From: Acidimicrobiia bacterium | GTDB taxonomy: Bacteria; Actinomycetota; Acidimicrobiia; Acidimicrobiales; Aldehydirespiratoraceae | Length of the DNA: 64,000 nucleotides | Direction of reading: 5' to 3' | Assembly (NCBI GenBank): GCA_003231645.1 | Contig: QIIW01000066.1 | Location: forward strand, 4,094 to 68,093 | In this document: in pieces, positions 62,849 through 64,000 of the stretch | Position numbering within the stretch: the stretch's first letter is position 1 | Layout: the number at the start of each line of letters is the position of its first letter | Program-made: the position numbers and the translations under genes | The notes under the pieces: model-generated | What the model was told of the DNA's origin: nothing | What the model saw: the letters and a program-made list of their open reading frames with translations, nothing else | Database searches by the model: none

Positions 62849-64000
62849 TCAGGCGGAGGCGAGCCGTTCGAGTTCGGCGCTGATCCGCTTGACACTCACC
62901 CGCCCGTGGACACCGACCTTTTGTGCGAAGAGGCTCACCCTCAGTTCCTGGAGGCTCCACGTGAGATCCTCGAGTTCGATTGACCACGGGCGGGTGGCGA
63001 GAAGATGTTCGTGCCTGGTGTCGAGTCGGCGGATGGTACGGGTGGTCTCGCGGTCATGGGACACGGTGTCGACGATTCGGTCGAGCCGGCGCTCGGCGGC
63101 GGTCAGATAGCGGGCGATGTCGGGCAGTCGCTCGCCGCCGACTCCGGCGATGAACCCTTGGTAGACGAGTCGCTGCATCTGCTCAGAGACGTCGTCGACG
63201 GTGACGACGAACGCCTCGGTGTCGAGGAGGCCGACACGGTGCTGCAGGGTCCGCCAGGCTTCGAGCACATCGACCGAGGCGAGCGCGATATCGCGAACAC
63301 GGTCGGGAAGCCCGGATTGCACGCTGGCCTGGAGGGCCTCGAATTTGAAGGCGGTGAAGACCGTACCGCCGGCGTCGGTCATCAGATCGTCGACCGCGGC
63401 GGCCACACAATCGTCGAACCACGAGCCAGGGTCGTCGTAGGGGCTCACGACTATTGCCAGCTTGACGGAGTCGGTGAGCAGTGGACGCAGGACCCCCGAC
63501 AGCGATGGCCGGTTGCACAGGAGCAGCCGGCGGGTACCCGACCACATCGACTCTCGCTGTTCGGCCGGGGTGGCCAGGAGCCGAACCGAGACAGATGCAC
63601 CGTCGTCGACCAGCGACGGAAATGAACGTACGACCTGGCCGAGGCCCTCCGACTCGATCACTCTGGGAATCTCATCGATCGTCCACGAGGTCAGACCGAC
63701 TCGCTCGATCGGGTGTCGGCCACCCGAGAACAGGCGGCGTGCCTCGTCACGGATGTGTCGTTCGAGCAGGTCGAGGTCGTCGTCCTCGGCCAGGACACCG
63801 TGCTCGTCGACTATGCGGAAGTGGGGCACCAGATGCGTCGGCAGGTCTCGAAGATCGAAGTCGTCGGGGGTGGTGTCGACGTGGCGGATCTGCTGGAGGG
63901 CGACGCGGATCTGCTCGATGAGACGGCCATCGGTATCGAGCAGCGGCATCACCCGGGCGATGGTCTCCGGGATCGGCACCATTGCCCTGCGTATCGGTTT
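62849..64000 (-). CDS. hrpA: ATP-dependent RNA helicase HrpA, C-terminal part (gene continues past window end)
   Basis: The C-terminal domain ends ...LQELRVSLFAQKVGVHGRVSVKRISAELERLASA, as in the HrpA DUF3418 region. The reading frame stays open upstream of the track's Met at 63982 to the window edge. Confidence 0.8.
   Translation of the reverse strand, partial: KPIRRAMVPIPETIARVMPLLDTDGRLIEQIRVALQQIRHVDTTPDDFDLRDLPTHLVPHFRIVDEHGVLAEDDDLDLLERHIRDEARRLFSGGRHPIERVGLTSWTIDEIPRVIESEGLGQVVRSFPSLVDDGASVSVRLLATPAEQRESMWSGTRRLLLCNRPSLSGVLRPLLTDSVKLAIVVSPYDDPGSWFDDCVAAAVDDLMTDAGGTVFTAFKFEALQASVQSGLPDRVRDIALASVDVLEAWRTLQHRVGLLDTEAFVVTVDDVSEQMQRLVYQGFIAGVGGERLPDIARYLTAAERRLDRIVDTVSHDRETTRTIRRLDTRHEHLLATRPWSIELEDLTWSLQELRVSLFAQKVGVHGRVSVKRISAELERLASA

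Overview
GC-rich chromosomal core segment of an actinobacterium. The taxon is inferred from gene content: SepF, DivIVA, Bpa, an MtrA/MtrB/LpqB-like operon, DUF3040 and dcw synteny. The window is densely coding, with about 62 protein genes. I saw no rRNA, tRNA, CRISPR array, transposase, integrase or prophage signal. The centre (33.4-51.6 kb) holds a division/cell-wall (dcw) cluster: mraZ-rsmH-ftsL-ftsI-murE-mraY-murD-ftsW-murG-murC-murB-ftsQ-ftsZ, then pgeF-yggS-sepF-yggT-divIVA-DUF167. After that come a DksA-like gene, an rluD-like gene, an Rrf2 regulator, an alkaline-phosphatase-family gene, the proteasome activator bpa, and dnaE. The left part carries a Fur/PerR-like regulator with rubrerythrin, a CCG-type Fe-S protein and DUF3501. 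It continues with trpD, a GMC oxidoreductase with a Tat small subunit, queG, a GT4 glycosyltransferase, an SRPBCC protein, a 647-aa coiled-coil protein, a ROK glucokinase, an aminotransferase and glpK. Next are an atypical P1B ATPase with a divergent MerR regulator, the MtrA/MtrB/LpqB-like operon, an IMPase, ppm1, NUDIX, dinB, DUF3040 and a MoxR-DUF58-transglutaminase operon. The right end carries a nitroreductase, a DUF35+thiolase pair and the 3' part of hrpA. The ORF track gives longest-ORF starts. I trimmed many of them using stop/start overlaps (ATGA/GTGA/TTGA) and the usual N-termini of the families. I did not find a convincing new multi-gene system such as a defence island or mobile element. 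This looks like conserved core genome. The items most worth a second look are listed here. (1) A 20-bp-stem structured element in the unusually long mraZ-rsmH spacer, a candidate mraW RNA motif. (2) A periodic GTGGRG box array upstream of mraZ. (3) A P1B ATPase lacking all three Cu(I) transmembrane signatures, paired with a divalent-type MerR regulator and a textbook long-spacer MerR promoter. (4) A perfect 19-bp Fur-family palindrome in front of a PerR-like/rubrerythrin/CCG-FeS/DUF3501 operon. (5) A DksA-like protein without the Cys4 zinc finger but with a Lys/Ala-rich N-terminal tail. (6) A dcw cluster that lacks murF. All family assignments come from motif recognition by eye; no database search was run.
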